A stretch of DNA of 64,000 bases from an uncultured delta proteobacterium. GTDB taxonomy: Bacteria > Desulfobacterota > Desulfobacteria > Desulfobacterales > B30-G6. The stretch is from contig CAWGLD010000005.1 in the NCBI GenBank assembly GCA_963823335.1, positions 352,001 through 416,000 of the forward strand. The letters run 5' to 3'. Below are positions 36,942 to 45,982 of this stretch, piece after piece; the stretch's first letter is position 1, and every line of letters starts with the position of its first letter. The notes under the pieces were generated by a model. That model worked only from the letters and a program-made list of their open reading frames with translations, was not told where the DNA came from and ran no database searches. The position numbers and the translations under genes are program-made.

Positions 36942-38555
36942 TCATGGTGCTTTCCTGATCTTTTCTTCATAGGCCAGCTTATATTGAAAACTGTCCGCAA
37001 GTGCCTGCCAGCTGGCTTCAATGATATCTTCGGATACACCAATGGTGCTCCACAGGTGATCCTGATCCCTGGATTCGATGAGAACACGTACCTTTGCGGC
37101 GGTACCGACCCGACCGTCAATGACGCGAACCTTAAAATCTACCAGCTGCATCATATCTAGATCCGGATAGAATTTGTCGAGAGCTTTTCGCAGGGCATTG
37201 TCGAGAGCACTGACCGGTCCATAACCCTCTGCTGCCGTAATTTCCTGGTTTCCATCGACGGAAATCTTGATCGTGGCACGAGCGCTGCAGGGCTGATCCT
37301 TGTCTTTTTCAATGGTCACCCGGAACGATTCCAGGTCAAACAGGGGGGTAAACTGTTCGGTCAATTTTTCGGCTAAAATCTTAAAAGACCCGTCGGCCAC
37401 ATCGAACTGATAACCATCCTGCTCAAGTTCCTTTATCCGGGAAACAATGCGCTTGCTGTCAAAACCGTTGCCGCCCAGTTTGACACCAAACTCGGCCGCC
37501 TTGTATTCGATGTTGCTCTTGCCCGAAAGATCGGAGACAAGTACCCGCTGGGTATTTCCCACCAGCTCCGGGCGCATGTGTTCATAGGCCCTGGGCATTT
37601 TCATGATGGCGTTTACATGAATCCCGCCCTTGTGCGCAAAAGCGCTTTTTCCCACAAAGGGTCTGGAATTCAAGGGAACGAGGTTGGCTGTTTCAGACAC
37701 GTAGCCGGACAGGGAGCGCAACTGGGAAAGGTTTTCCCTGGGGATGCAGCGGATACCCATTTTCTCGCTGAGAATTGGTATGATGGACGTGAGGTCGGCA
37801 TTCCCACAACGTTCACCATAACCGTTGATGGTACCCTGCACCATGGTCAGGCCTGAGCGGACGGCCGTAATTGAATTGGCCACTCCGAGCCCGCAATCGT
37901 TATGGGCGTGGATACCGAATTTCGGTTTCAAGGCATCAGCAAAAAGTACACTGTCTGTCTCGATTTGCTCGAATATTTCCTGAATAATGCTTTCGACCTC
38001 GAAGGGCAGGGTCCCGCCGTTCGTATCACAAAGAACGATAACGTCAGCGCCGGCCTTTATGGCTGCTGAGATTGTCAGATAGGTATATTCCTTGTTTTCT
38101 TTGAAGCCGTCAAAAAAATGTTCGGCATCGTAGATGACTTCTTTGTGATTGCTTTTGAGATACTCGATTGACTCGGATATCATGGCCAAATTTTCAGAAA
38201 GCGTATTCTCCATGACCTTTTCCACATGGAAATCCCAGGATTTCCCAAAGATGGTCATCACCGGGGAATGGGTTTCAAGCAATGCCTTCAGGTTTGCATC
38301 GTCTTCGGGTGAGATACCGGGTTTGCGCGTAGCACCGAAGGCTGCCAATCGGGCCTGTTTGAATTTGACTCTTCTGGCCATGTCAAAAAACTGGATATCC
38401 TTTGGGTTGGAACCCGGCCATCCGCCTTCGATATAGTGAATGCCCATTTTGTCCAGACGCTCAGCTATCTTGACTTTTTCGTCGGCCGAAAAACTGATGT
38501 TTTCTCCCTGTGTTCCATCCCTCAGGGTTGTGTCATATAAAGAAATCGGTTCCAT
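36942..38555 (-). CDS. cimA: Citramalate synthase
   Basis: YDTTLRDGTQGE, IEGGWPGSNPKD, YDAEHFFDG and AHKGGIH (Geobacter-type CimA). Confidence 0.93.
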   Translation of the reverse strand: MEPISLYDTTLRDGTQGENISFSADEKVKIAERLDKMGIHYIEGGWPGSNPKDIQFFDMARRVKFKQARLAAFGATRKPGISPEDDANLKALLETHSPVMTIFGKSWDFHVEKVMENTLSENLAMISESIEYLKSNHKEVIYDAEHFFDGFKENKEYTYLTISAAIKAGADVIVLCDTNGGTLPFEVESIIQEIFEQIETDSVLFADALKPKFGIHAHNDCGLGVANSITAVRSGLTMVQGTINGYGERCGNADLTSIIPILSEKMGIRCIPRENLSQLRSLSGYVSETANLVPLNSRPFVGKSAFAHKGGIHVNAIMKMPRAYEHMRPELVGNTQRVLVSDLSGKSNIEYKAAEFGVKLGGNGFDSKRIVSRIKELEQDGYQFDVADGSFKILAEKLTEQFTPLFDLESFRVTIEKDKDQPCSARATIKISVDGNQEITAAEGYGPVSALDNALRKALDKFYPDLDMMQLVDFKVRVIDGRVGTAAKVRVLIESRDQDHLWSTIGVSEDIIEASWQALADSFQYKLAYEEKIRKAP

Positions 38556-38566
38556 TGGATTCTTCC

Positions 38567-39625
38567 CTATTTGGAAAATTCACGGTTTTCAGGTCTTAGC
38601 GAGCGAACAGCCGCACCGGCTTGCCACATTTCGGAATTCTTGATTACATCGAGTTCTTCCTGGAGTTTTTCCCGGTAGTCGGGCTGACTGTTTTTGTCGA
38701 GAGTCCTTGCAACTTCTTTCCCGGAAACAACGCTTTGGTACAATTCTGTAAAAACAGGTGCCACTGCATCACGGAATTTGGGGGCCCAATCGAGGGCGCC
38801 TCTCTGGGCTGTGGTGCTGCAGTTGGCAAACATCCAGTCCATACCATTTTCAGCTACAAGGCGGATAAGGCTTTGGGTCAGTTCCTCAACGGTTTCATTG
38901 AAAGCCTCGCTGGGGCTGTGTCCATTTTTCCGCAGGATGTGGTATTGTGCTTCCATGACGCCTGCAAGACACCCCATGAGCACACCACGCTCACCGGTGA
39001 GATCGCTGTAAACTTCATTCTGAAAAGTGGTGGGGAACAGGTAGCCGGATCCGATGGCGATGCCGGTTGCAAGGGCCCGGTCTGTGGCTTTCCCTGTAAA
39101 GTCCTGGTGGACGGCATAACTCGAGTTGATGCCGCTTCCTTCCAGAAAATTGGCACGTACACTCCTTCCGGAACCCTTGGGAGCTACCAGGATAACATCC
39201 ACGTTTTTGGGAGGAATGATGCTTGTCTGGTCTTTGAAAGCGATGGAAAACCCATGAGAAAAATAAAGAGCATCCCCTTCATTCAGGCCTTTTTTAACCA
39301 TGGGCCAGGTGGATACCTGCCCGGCATCGGAGAGCAGAAACTGTACCAATGTGGCGCGTTGGGCTGCCTCCTCAATGGGAAAAAGGGTTTCACCAGGGAC
39401 AAAACCATCGGATACGGCACGGTCCCAGGAGGATGTTCCCTGGCGCTGCCCGATGATTACCTTCAGCCCATTATCTCTCATATTCATTGCCTGCCCTGGT
39501 CCTTGCACACCATATCCCAGGACTGCGATGGTTTCATTTTTAAGAATATTTCTTGCCTTTTCCAGGGTAAATTCTTCCGAAGTGATGACATTTTCTTCAA
39601 CACCGCCAAAATTGATTGTTGCCAT
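38567..39625 (-). CDS. ilvC: Ketol-acid reductoisomerase
   Basis: GYGVQG, APKGSG, SDLTGERG and CSTTAQRGALDW. Confidence 0.95.
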   Translation of the reverse strand: MATINFGGVEENVITSEEFTLEKARNILKNETIAVLGYGVQGPGQAMNMRDNGLKVIIGQRQGTSSWDRAVSDGFVPGETLFPIEEAAQRATLVQFLLSDAGQVSTWPMVKKGLNEGDALYFSHGFSIAFKDQTSIIPPKNVDVILVAPKGSGRSVRANFLEGSGINSSYAVHQDFTGKATDRALATGIAIGSGYLFPTTFQNEVYSDLTGERGVLMGCLAGVMEAQYHILRKNGHSPSEAFNETVEELTQSLIRLVAENGMDWMFANCSTTAQRGALDWAPKFRDAVAPVFTELYQSVVSGKEVARTLDKNSQPDYREKLQEELDVIKNSEMWQAGAAVRSLRPENREFSK

Positions 39626-39785
39626 GAATGACTCCTTTATAAATAGTTATTAGTGTTCGTTAAGTTTATTGGGTTTATCGAGTATATTGAGTTCATAATG
39701 ATAAGCAGGCTTGAATGCTATACTGCTTTTCGCTTTGGCTGCCAGCAACCCTCGTATCACCCTCGGACCCTTGAACCCTGCTCTA

Positions 39786-40274
39786 TTAATTCGGCTCCCT
39801 GAACAGCGCCAGCGCTCCTGTCCTGGCAATTTTCTTGATCCCCATTGGCTTTAAAAGGCTGATGAAGGCATTGATTTTATCTTCGTTTCCGGAGACTTCG
39901 ATAATGTAGTGCTCCAGGCCGGTGTCCACCACTTTACACCGGAAAATGCTGACGATTCGCAGAATTTCGGCACGATTTTCAGGTTTGGCCTTCACACAAA
40001 TCAGTGCCATCTCACGTTTGACGGCATTTTTTCCGGAAAGATCCCTGAGCTTGATAACATTGATCAGTTTTCTGAGCTGCTTTTCGATCTGTTCGATCTC
40101 AGGCAGGTTTGCATTGGTCACCAGTGTGATTCTGGATACCAGTGGATCGATGGTGGGTGCCACCACCAGGCTTTCGATATTGTATCCCCTGGCGCTGAAA
40201 AGCCCGACGACTCTCGATAAGACACCGGGTTCATTGTCCACCAGCATGGTCAGGATATGCTTTTCTTCATTCAT
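39786..40274 (-). CDS. ilvN: Acetolactate synthase small subunit
   Basis: ACT domain NEPGVLSRVVGLFSARGYNIESL, EQIEKQLRKLINV and ARTG. Confidence 0.95.
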   Translation of the reverse strand: MNEEKHILTMLVDNEPGVLSRVVGLFSARGYNIESLVVAPTIDPLVSRITLVTNANLPEIEQIEKQLRKLINVIKLRDLSGKNAVKREMALICVKAKPENRAEILRIVSIFRCKVVDTGLEHYIIEVSGNEDKINAFISLLKPMGIKKIARTGALALFREPN

Positions 40275-40344
40275 GTGTTAGATCCTTTATCCCTTGGTAT
40301 GTAAGCGACAACGTCGCGTCAGATAAAATTGGGCAACAATTTTA

Positions 40345-42030
40345 TTATGCCAGTAACATTTCGGTGATCGGAGCTCCGGCCGGAACCATGGGATAGACAC
40401 ACTCCTCTTTTGCCACCACGAAATCCATGATGACGGTACGGGGGGACGACAGCCCTTTTTCCAGAACCGGTATGACCTCCTCGGGTTTTGTGGCCCGTAG
40501 ACCGAGGGCACCGTATGCCTCTGCAAGCTTGACAAAATCCGGGCCACAGCTCATGCAGGTGCTGGCATACCGTTTGTCGTAAAACAGTTCCTGCCATTGT
40601 CTTACCATGCCGAGATAACCGTTGTTTAAAATAACGATTTTGACAGGCAGCTCGTACTGCAAGGCGGTGGCCATTTCCTGTATATTCATCTGGATGCTTC
40701 CATCCCCGGCGACATCCACCACGGTTTTGTCCGGTCTGGCAATTTGGGCGCCTATGGCTGCAGGAAGGCCAAAACCCATACACCCCAGTCCTCCGGAGGT
40801 GATGAAATGGTTGGGTTTGTCAAAATGATAATACTGTGCCGCCCACATCTGGTTCTGGCCAACCTCGGTGGTGATGATGGCCTCACCCCGGGTCAATTCA
40901 TACAATTTTTCCACAACATACTGGGGCTTGATGATATCGGTCTGTTTATACGCAAGCGTGTTCTGCTCTTTCCAGATCTGTATCTGATCCATCCAGGGTT
41001 TGCGTTTGTCCTCCAGGCCGGCTTTGTCCAGGGGTTTGACGAGCGTGTTCAGGCTTTCCAGGGTGCTGCGGCAATCCCCGACAATGGGGATGGTAACCGG
41101 GACATTTTTACGTATCGAAGTAGGGTCGATATCCACATGAACGATCTTGGCCTGAGCGGCGAAAGCATCGGTTTTGCCGGTGACGCGGTCATCGAACCTT
41201 ACCCCGATCCCGATGAGGAGATCACAGAAACTCGTGGACATGTTGGCACGATACGTGCCATGCATGCCGATCATACCCAGCCACAAGGGATCGGAGCCTG
41301 GAAAACCGCCCAGCCCCATGAGTGACCCCGTCACGGGAATTCGCATGGTTCTGGCAAGTTTTGTCAGTTCTTTGGAAGCCCCGGAAAGAATAATTCCACC
41401 GCCTGCGAAAATAACCGGTCTTTCAGCGGAGGCAATGAGATTGACCACCTTTTTTAGCTGTTTCATGTTTGGCTTATAGGTGGGGTTGTAGGATTTGATC
41501 TTGACCTGTTGACCCGGCTCATACTGGGCTTTTGTGTTGCTCACGTTCTTAGGGATATCGATGAGCACCGGACCCGGTCTGCCGGACCTGGCCAGATAGA
41601 AAGCCTCTTTTACAACCCTGGCGAGGTCTTTCACATCCTTTACCAAAAAATTGTGTTTGGTACAGGAGCGTGTGATACCGACAATGTCAACTTCCTGGAA
41701 GGCGTCGTTACCGATGAGGTGGGTGGGAACCTGGCCGGTGATGACCACCAGTGGTATGGAGTCCATGTGGGCGGACGCAATGCCTGTAACGGTATTGGTC
41801 GCACCTGGTCCTGACGTGACCAGGCAAACACCGACGTTGCCGCTCGCCCTGGCATAGCCGTCTGCCGCATGAACAGCGCCCTGTTCATGACGGACAAGAA
41901 CATGTTTGATGCGGGTGTCTTCCAGTTTATCGTATATGTCGATAACCATACCGCCTGGAAATCCAAAGATAGTATCGACCTTTTCCTCTTCAAAAACCTT
42001 GATCAAAATTTGAGCGCCGGTGAGCTCCAT
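40345..42030 (-). CDS. ilvB: Acetolactate synthase large subunit
   Basis: FGFPGG, RHEQGA, TSGPGATN, AFQEVD and the GDGS TPP motif. Start ATG 42030 with AAAGGA RBS. Confidence 0.96.
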   Translation of the reverse strand: MELTGAQILIKVFEEEKVDTIFGFPGGMVIDIYDKLEDTRIKHVLVRHEQGAVHAADGYARASGNVGVCLVTSGPGATNTVTGIASAHMDSIPLVVITGQVPTHLIGNDAFQEVDIVGITRSCTKHNFLVKDVKDLARVVKEAFYLARSGRPGPVLIDIPKNVSNTKAQYEPGQQVKIKSYNPTYKPNMKQLKKVVNLIASAERPVIFAGGGIILSGASKELTKLARTMRIPVTGSLMGLGGFPGSDPLWLGMIGMHGTYRANMSTSFCDLLIGIGVRFDDRVTGKTDAFAAQAKIVHVDIDPTSIRKNVPVTIPIVGDCRSTLESLNTLVKPLDKAGLEDKRKPWMDQIQIWKEQNTLAYKQTDIIKPQYVVEKLYELTRGEAIITTEVGQNQMWAAQYYHFDKPNHFITSGGLGCMGFGLPAAIGAQIARPDKTVVDVAGDGSIQMNIQEMATALQYELPVKIVILNNGYLGMVRQWQELFYDKRYASTCMSCGPDFVKLAEAYGALGLRATKPEEVIPVLEKGLSSPRTVIMDFVVAKEECVYPMVPAGAPITEMLLA

Positions 42031-42046
42031 AATACATCCTTTCTGC

Positions 42047-42086
42047 AAAAAAAAATCCGTTACCGGCTCAGGGCTGGTAACGGATT
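42047..42086 (-). terminator. Attenuator terminator of the ilv-leu operon
   Basis: The minus strand reads AATCCGTTACC-AGCCCTGAGCC-GGTAACGGATT running into a T tract, 16 nt before the ilvB start. Confidence 0.92.
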
Positions 42087-42107
42087 AATTTTTCTTGATG
42101 AGTTAAT

Positions 42108-42206
42108 TTAAGCCATTAACAACCCTGTTACCCCGCCGAGGCCGATTAGACCGACGACGAGGACGAGAATGCTGATAATGAGGGTGTTAATGGCAAAGAT
42201 GTTCAT
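42108..42206 (-). CDS. ilv operon leader peptide, 32 aa
   Basis: Below the track's size cutoff. MNIFAINTLIISILVLVVGLIGLGGVTGLLMA*, with 17 of 32 residues Ile/Leu/Val, directly upstream of the terminator. Confidence 0.9.
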   Translation of the reverse strand: MNIFAINTLIISILVLVVGLIGLGGVTGLLMA

Positions 42207-42239
42207 CAATTTACAAAATCCTTTAAGTTATAAGACAAT

Positions 42240-42268
42240 ACAATGGCAACAAATTGTCTGGATGTCAA
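42240..42268 (-). promoter_or_regulatory. Putative sigma70 promoter for the ilv leader
   Basis: TTGACA-17 nt-CATTGT, preceded by TG (extended -10). Confidence 0.55.
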
Positions 42269-42293
42269 GCATATTTTAAACCCTTAAATAGCC

Positions 42294-42352
42294 AGGCTAT
42301 AGACTGTAGGCTATTAGCTGCTAATGGTCTAACAGCCTACAGTCTACAGTCT
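42294..42352. repeat. TAGGCTG/CAGCCTA-family element after topA
   Basis: 13-bp perfect IR TAGACTGTAGGCT (42300-42312) / AGCCTACAGTCTA (42334-42346). Confidence 0.8.
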
Positions 42353-42356
42353 GGTC

Positions 42357-44636
42357 TTAAAGTTGCTCCGTGTATCCACACCCTTCCGTGAGGCAGGCCA
42401 GGAAGGATCCTTGTTTTTTGGTCGATTTTTGCACCAGAAATACTGTGTTGCATACCGGGCATTTTTTATTGACGGGTTTGTCCCAGGTCGCGAAATTACA
42501 ATCCGGATATTTGCTGCAGCCGTAAAATATTTTGCCACGTTTGGATTGCTTTTCCACAAGCCTCCCATCACAGTCTTTTTCCGGGCAGTCGACACCGGTC
42601 TCCTTACCAGGGGTGACGGAGTTAACCGAGAAGGTATTTCTGCATTCCGGATATCCGGTACAGGCAAAAAACCTGCCGAATCGCCCGGGCTTGATAACCA
42701 TGGGCTTACCGCATTTTTCGCATATCCTGTCGGACATTTCATCTTCCTCTAACTCAACCGGGTGGATATTGCCCTTCTCATCCCGGGTATAGTCACTGGA
42801 ATAGGAACACTCGGGATAACCGTTGCAGGCCAGGAAATGTCCATTCCGACCTACCTTGACTCGTAGTTCATTTTGACACAGAGGACAGGTGAGATCCGTA
42901 GAAAACCCTACACCTTTTAAATTCGGCATTCCCTCTTTTGCGGTTTCAATTTCCTGCTTGAAATGGGAGTAAAAGCGTTTGAGAACATCCTCGAGAACCA
43001 GCTCCGATGCCTCGATCTGATCTAGAAAGGTTTCCATCCTGGCCGTAAAGGTAACGTTAAAAAGATCGTCAAAACTTCCCACCAGGAGGTCGTTGACAAT
43101 CATTCCGAGCTCGCTCGGTTTAAAGTAGCCCTTCACCAGATCGACATATTTCTTCACACGAATCGTTGAAAGTATCGCAGCATACGTACTGGGTCTGCCG
43201 ATGCCGTTTTCTTCGAGTTCTTTTACCAGAGAAGCCTCGGAAAATCTTGGCGGCGGCGTGGTGAAGTGTTGTTTGGGACTCAATCTCTCGAGATCCAGTA
43301 CCATACCCTCTGACAGTGTCGGTAATTTGTCCTTTTTCTTTTCACTTTCGGTTTGAATTTCATCGTCCACCGACATGTAAATCGCCATAAAGCCGGGAAA
43401 TATAATGTTTGAGCCGGCTGTTGTGAAAAGATAAGCACCTGACCGGATACCGATGGATAGGGTGTCAATGAGGGCCGGTTTCATCTGGGAGGCAACAAAG
43501 CGATTCCATATCAGCTGATAGAGCGCATACTGATCCCTGGAAAGAAACGCTTTCAGTTTTTCTGGGGTATGCGATACAGATGTCGGTCTGATGGCTTCGT
43601 GCGCATCCTGGGCTTTTTTCCGGTTTTTAAAGAACCGGGGTTTTCCCATACTGTATTCCGCGCCATAGGTTTCCCGAACAAAGGTCAGCGCTTCTTCGGC
43701 GGCCTCGTTGGCTATTCTTGTGGAATCCGTGCGCATGTAGGTGATAAGTCCCACAGGTTCGCCACCTTCAAGCTCGATGCCCTCGTAAAGCTGTTGTGCC
43801 AGCACCATGGTTTTTTTTGCAGAAAACCTGAGCTTTCGGATCGATTCCTGTTGTAGCTTGCTCGTGATGAAAGGCGGCAAGGGATTTCGTTTTTTGGTCT
43901 TGTTGGAAACGGATTCCACCAGGAAAGGTGTCTTTTTAAGCGTTTCCACTATAGTGGATGCTTCCGCTTCATTTCTTATCTTAATTTTCTGTTTGTCCAG
44001 TTTGGTGAGTTTGGCTTCGAAGGGCGGGGGGGTATCACCTTTCAGGAGAGCGGTAATCGACCAGTACTCTTGCGGTTCAAAAGCCTGAATCTGCCGTTCT
44101 CTTTCACAGATTATCCGGACAGCTACCGATTGGACCCGGCCGGCACTCAATCCGCCCTTGACCTTTCGCCACAAAAGAGGGGAAATCTGATATCCCACCA
44201 GACGGTCCAGAATCCGTCGTGCCTTTTGTGCTTCGTATTTGTTGTTATTGAGCGCTTCTGGTTTCTGAATTGCTTCAAGAATTGCATTGCGGGTCAGTTC
44301 GTGAAACAGAACCCGGTGAAATATTCTACCCTTTTTTTTCAGCACTTCTGATGCGTGGAAGGCGATAGCTTCGCCTTCTCTGTCCGGGTCGGGTGCCAGG
44401 TAGATTTCATTGGTGTCGCCAGCTGCCTTCTTGAGAGCGCTGGTCACTTTTTGTTTGCCGGGTATGAGCCGATATTGAGGTTTGAATCCATCGTCGATAT
44501 CTATTCCCAGTTCTTTCACGGGCAGATCCTTTATGTGTCCGACGGTTGCGGCAACATTGTAATCTTTACCCAGGTATTTTTTGATAGTCTTGACCTTTGT
44601 CGGTGATTCTACGACAACCAGTGGTTTTGAACTCAT
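42357..44636 (-). CDS. topA: DNA topoisomerase I
   Basis: VVESPTK, DPDREGEAI, SAGRVQS, ITYMRTDS and C-terminal zinc ribbons. Confidence 0.97.
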   Translation of the reverse strand: MSSKPLVVVESPTKVKTIKKYLGKDYNVAATVGHIKDLPVKELGIDIDDGFKPQYRLIPGKQKVTSALKKAAGDTNEIYLAPDPDREGEAIAFHASEVLKKKGRIFHRVLFHELTRNAILEAIQKPEALNNNKYEAQKARRILDRLVGYQISPLLWRKVKGGLSAGRVQSVAVRIICERERQIQAFEPQEYWSITALLKGDTPPPFEAKLTKLDKQKIKIRNEAEASTIVETLKKTPFLVESVSNKTKKRNPLPPFITSKLQQESIRKLRFSAKKTMVLAQQLYEGIELEGGEPVGLITYMRTDSTRIANEAAEEALTFVRETYGAEYSMGKPRFFKNRKKAQDAHEAIRPTSVSHTPEKLKAFLSRDQYALYQLIWNRFVASQMKPALIDTLSIGIRSGAYLFTTAGSNIIFPGFMAIYMSVDDEIQTESEKKKDKLPTLSEGMVLDLERLSPKQHFTTPPPRFSEASLVKELEENGIGRPSTYAAILSTIRVKKYVDLVKGYFKPSELGMIVNDLLVGSFDDLFNVTFTARMETFLDQIEASELVLEDVLKRFYSHFKQEIETAKEGMPNLKGVGFSTDLTCPLCQNELRVKVGRNGHFLACNGYPECSYSSDYTRDEKGNIHPVELEEDEMSDRICEKCGKPMVIKPGRFGRFFACTGYPECRNTFSVNSVTPGKETGVDCPEKDCDGRLVEKQSKRGKIFYGCSKYPDCNFATWDKPVNKKCPVCNTVFLVQKSTKKQGSFLACLTEGCGYTEQL

Positions 44637-44710
44637 GGAGTCCCTCTTTTATTTTATTGTTAGTTCCTTAACTGAAAAAATTTGCATTTTGTGGCAAAAA
44701 AAATAAAAGC

Positions 44711-44795
44711 AATCACGAAAACACGAAATCTGAAAAACACGAAATTGTTCATGGTCTTTTTCGTGGTTTCGTACTTTCGTGATTTCGTGATAAAA
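44711..44795. repeat. CACGAAA-family inverted-repeat element overlapping the dprA 3' end
   Basis: AATCACGAAAACACGAAATCTGAAAAACACGAAA ... TTTCGTGGTTTCGTACTTTCGTGATTTCGTGAT. Confidence 0.85.
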
Positions 44796-45921
44796 GATCT
44801 TTCTCTTTTCCGGTTTGGGCTTTAATATAAAACAACTTGCCGGGATCCTGTTGTACGACACCTTTCAATTCGAGGCGCAACAGGGTGCCGGACAGATCCG
44901 AAGACTCCATGCCCAGCTTTCGGATCAGATCGTCAATGTGAAGCGGATAATGTTCCAATGCACCCAGCACGGATGTTTCCAAGGGTGAAAGAGATGGCTT
45001 GGCTGCTGTAATCATATCCGCCCCATCGCTGTCTTCTGCGCCGGACGGGTCAATCCAGGCAGATATCTCTTCCATGATATCTCCGGCTTGCTCCACCAGC
45101 TTGGCCCCCTGCTTTATAAGCGTGTGGCTTCCGGTGCTTTTGAAGGAATTGACACTTCCGGGCACAGCAAAGACTTCCCTGTTTTGTTCTGCGGCCAACC
45201 GGGCAGTAATCAGTGACCCGCTGCGTAACGTCGCTTCCACAATCACGGTTCCCAGTGACAGACCACTGATGACCCTGTTGCGCATGGGGAAGTGGTGGGC
45301 TTCCGGCTCAGCGTTGAGCGGAAATTCCGATATTACCGCGCCGGTTTCAGCAATACGGTGAAAGAGTTTTTTATTTTCTCTCGGGTAAATTCTTTCGAGC
45401 CCGCTTCCCAGGACGGCAATGGTCTTGCCGTGAGCCATCAAGGCACCTTCATGGGCGGCGGTATCGATACCGCGGGCCATACCGCTTACAATGGTCATCC
45501 CGAGGGAGGCCAGGTCGCGACTCAGACGCTGGGTTGTGTCGCGTCCGTAATGGGTGGCATTTCGAGATCCCACGATGGATATGTTTTTTTTCGTTGCTGA
45601 AATCTGCCCATATACATACAGGCAGGGTGGGGGATCCGGTATTTCAAGCAGCAGTGCAGGGTAGTCAGTATCGGTGAGGGTCAGGATCTTGATACCCTTT
45701 TGTTGTACTTTTTCAAGTTCTTTTTTAACGGATTCAGGCAAATTATGTCGTTTGATAGCGGTGATAAGCCGGTCCGACAATCCTTCCACCTGCAACAACT
45801 CCTTGCGCGGTGCATGGATGGCGTTATCAGGGGTGTGAAAGACGTCAATCAGCCGCTTGCAAAGCAGATTGCCGACACCCGGCGTAGTTTTCAATCGAAA
45901 CCATGGGAATAGATTTTCCAT
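44749..45921 (-). CDS. dprA: DNA-processing protein DprA
   Basis: IVGSR, SGMARGID, FPMRNRVISGLS and SGSLITA. Upstream of topA as is usual. Confidence 0.96.
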   Translation of the reverse strand: MENLFPWFRLKTTPGVGNLLCKRLIDVFHTPDNAIHAPRKELLQVEGLSDRLITAIKRHNLPESVKKELEKVQQKGIKILTLTDTDYPALLLEIPDPPPCLYVYGQISATKKNISIVGSRNATHYGRDTTQRLSRDLASLGMTIVSGMARGIDTAAHEGALMAHGKTIAVLGSGLERIYPRENKKLFHRIAETGAVISEFPLNAEPEAHHFPMRNRVISGLSLGTVIVEATLRSGSLITARLAAEQNREVFAVPGSVNSFKSTGSHTLIKQGAKLVEQAGDIMEEISAWIDPSGAEDSDGADMITAAKPSLSPLETSVLGALEHYPLHIDDLIRKLGMESSDLSGTLLRLELKGVVQQDPGKLFYIKAQTGKEKDLLSRNHESTKPRKRP

Positions 45922-45982
45922 ATGCCGGGCGTTCCTCTTGGCGTGACAATACCCATCGGTTCGATGTTGTCACATGGGGATA

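Noticed and set aside
38621-39631. 336-aa plus-strand ORF and other long antisense ORFs (e.g. 20862-21656, 35785-36507, 52826-53662)
   Set aside because: They lie opposite well-supported genes and have no motifs, so they are shadow frames.
12813-44795. Short repeats as CRISPR arrays
   Set aside because: There are no 23-47-nt direct repeats with unique regular spacers and no cas genes.
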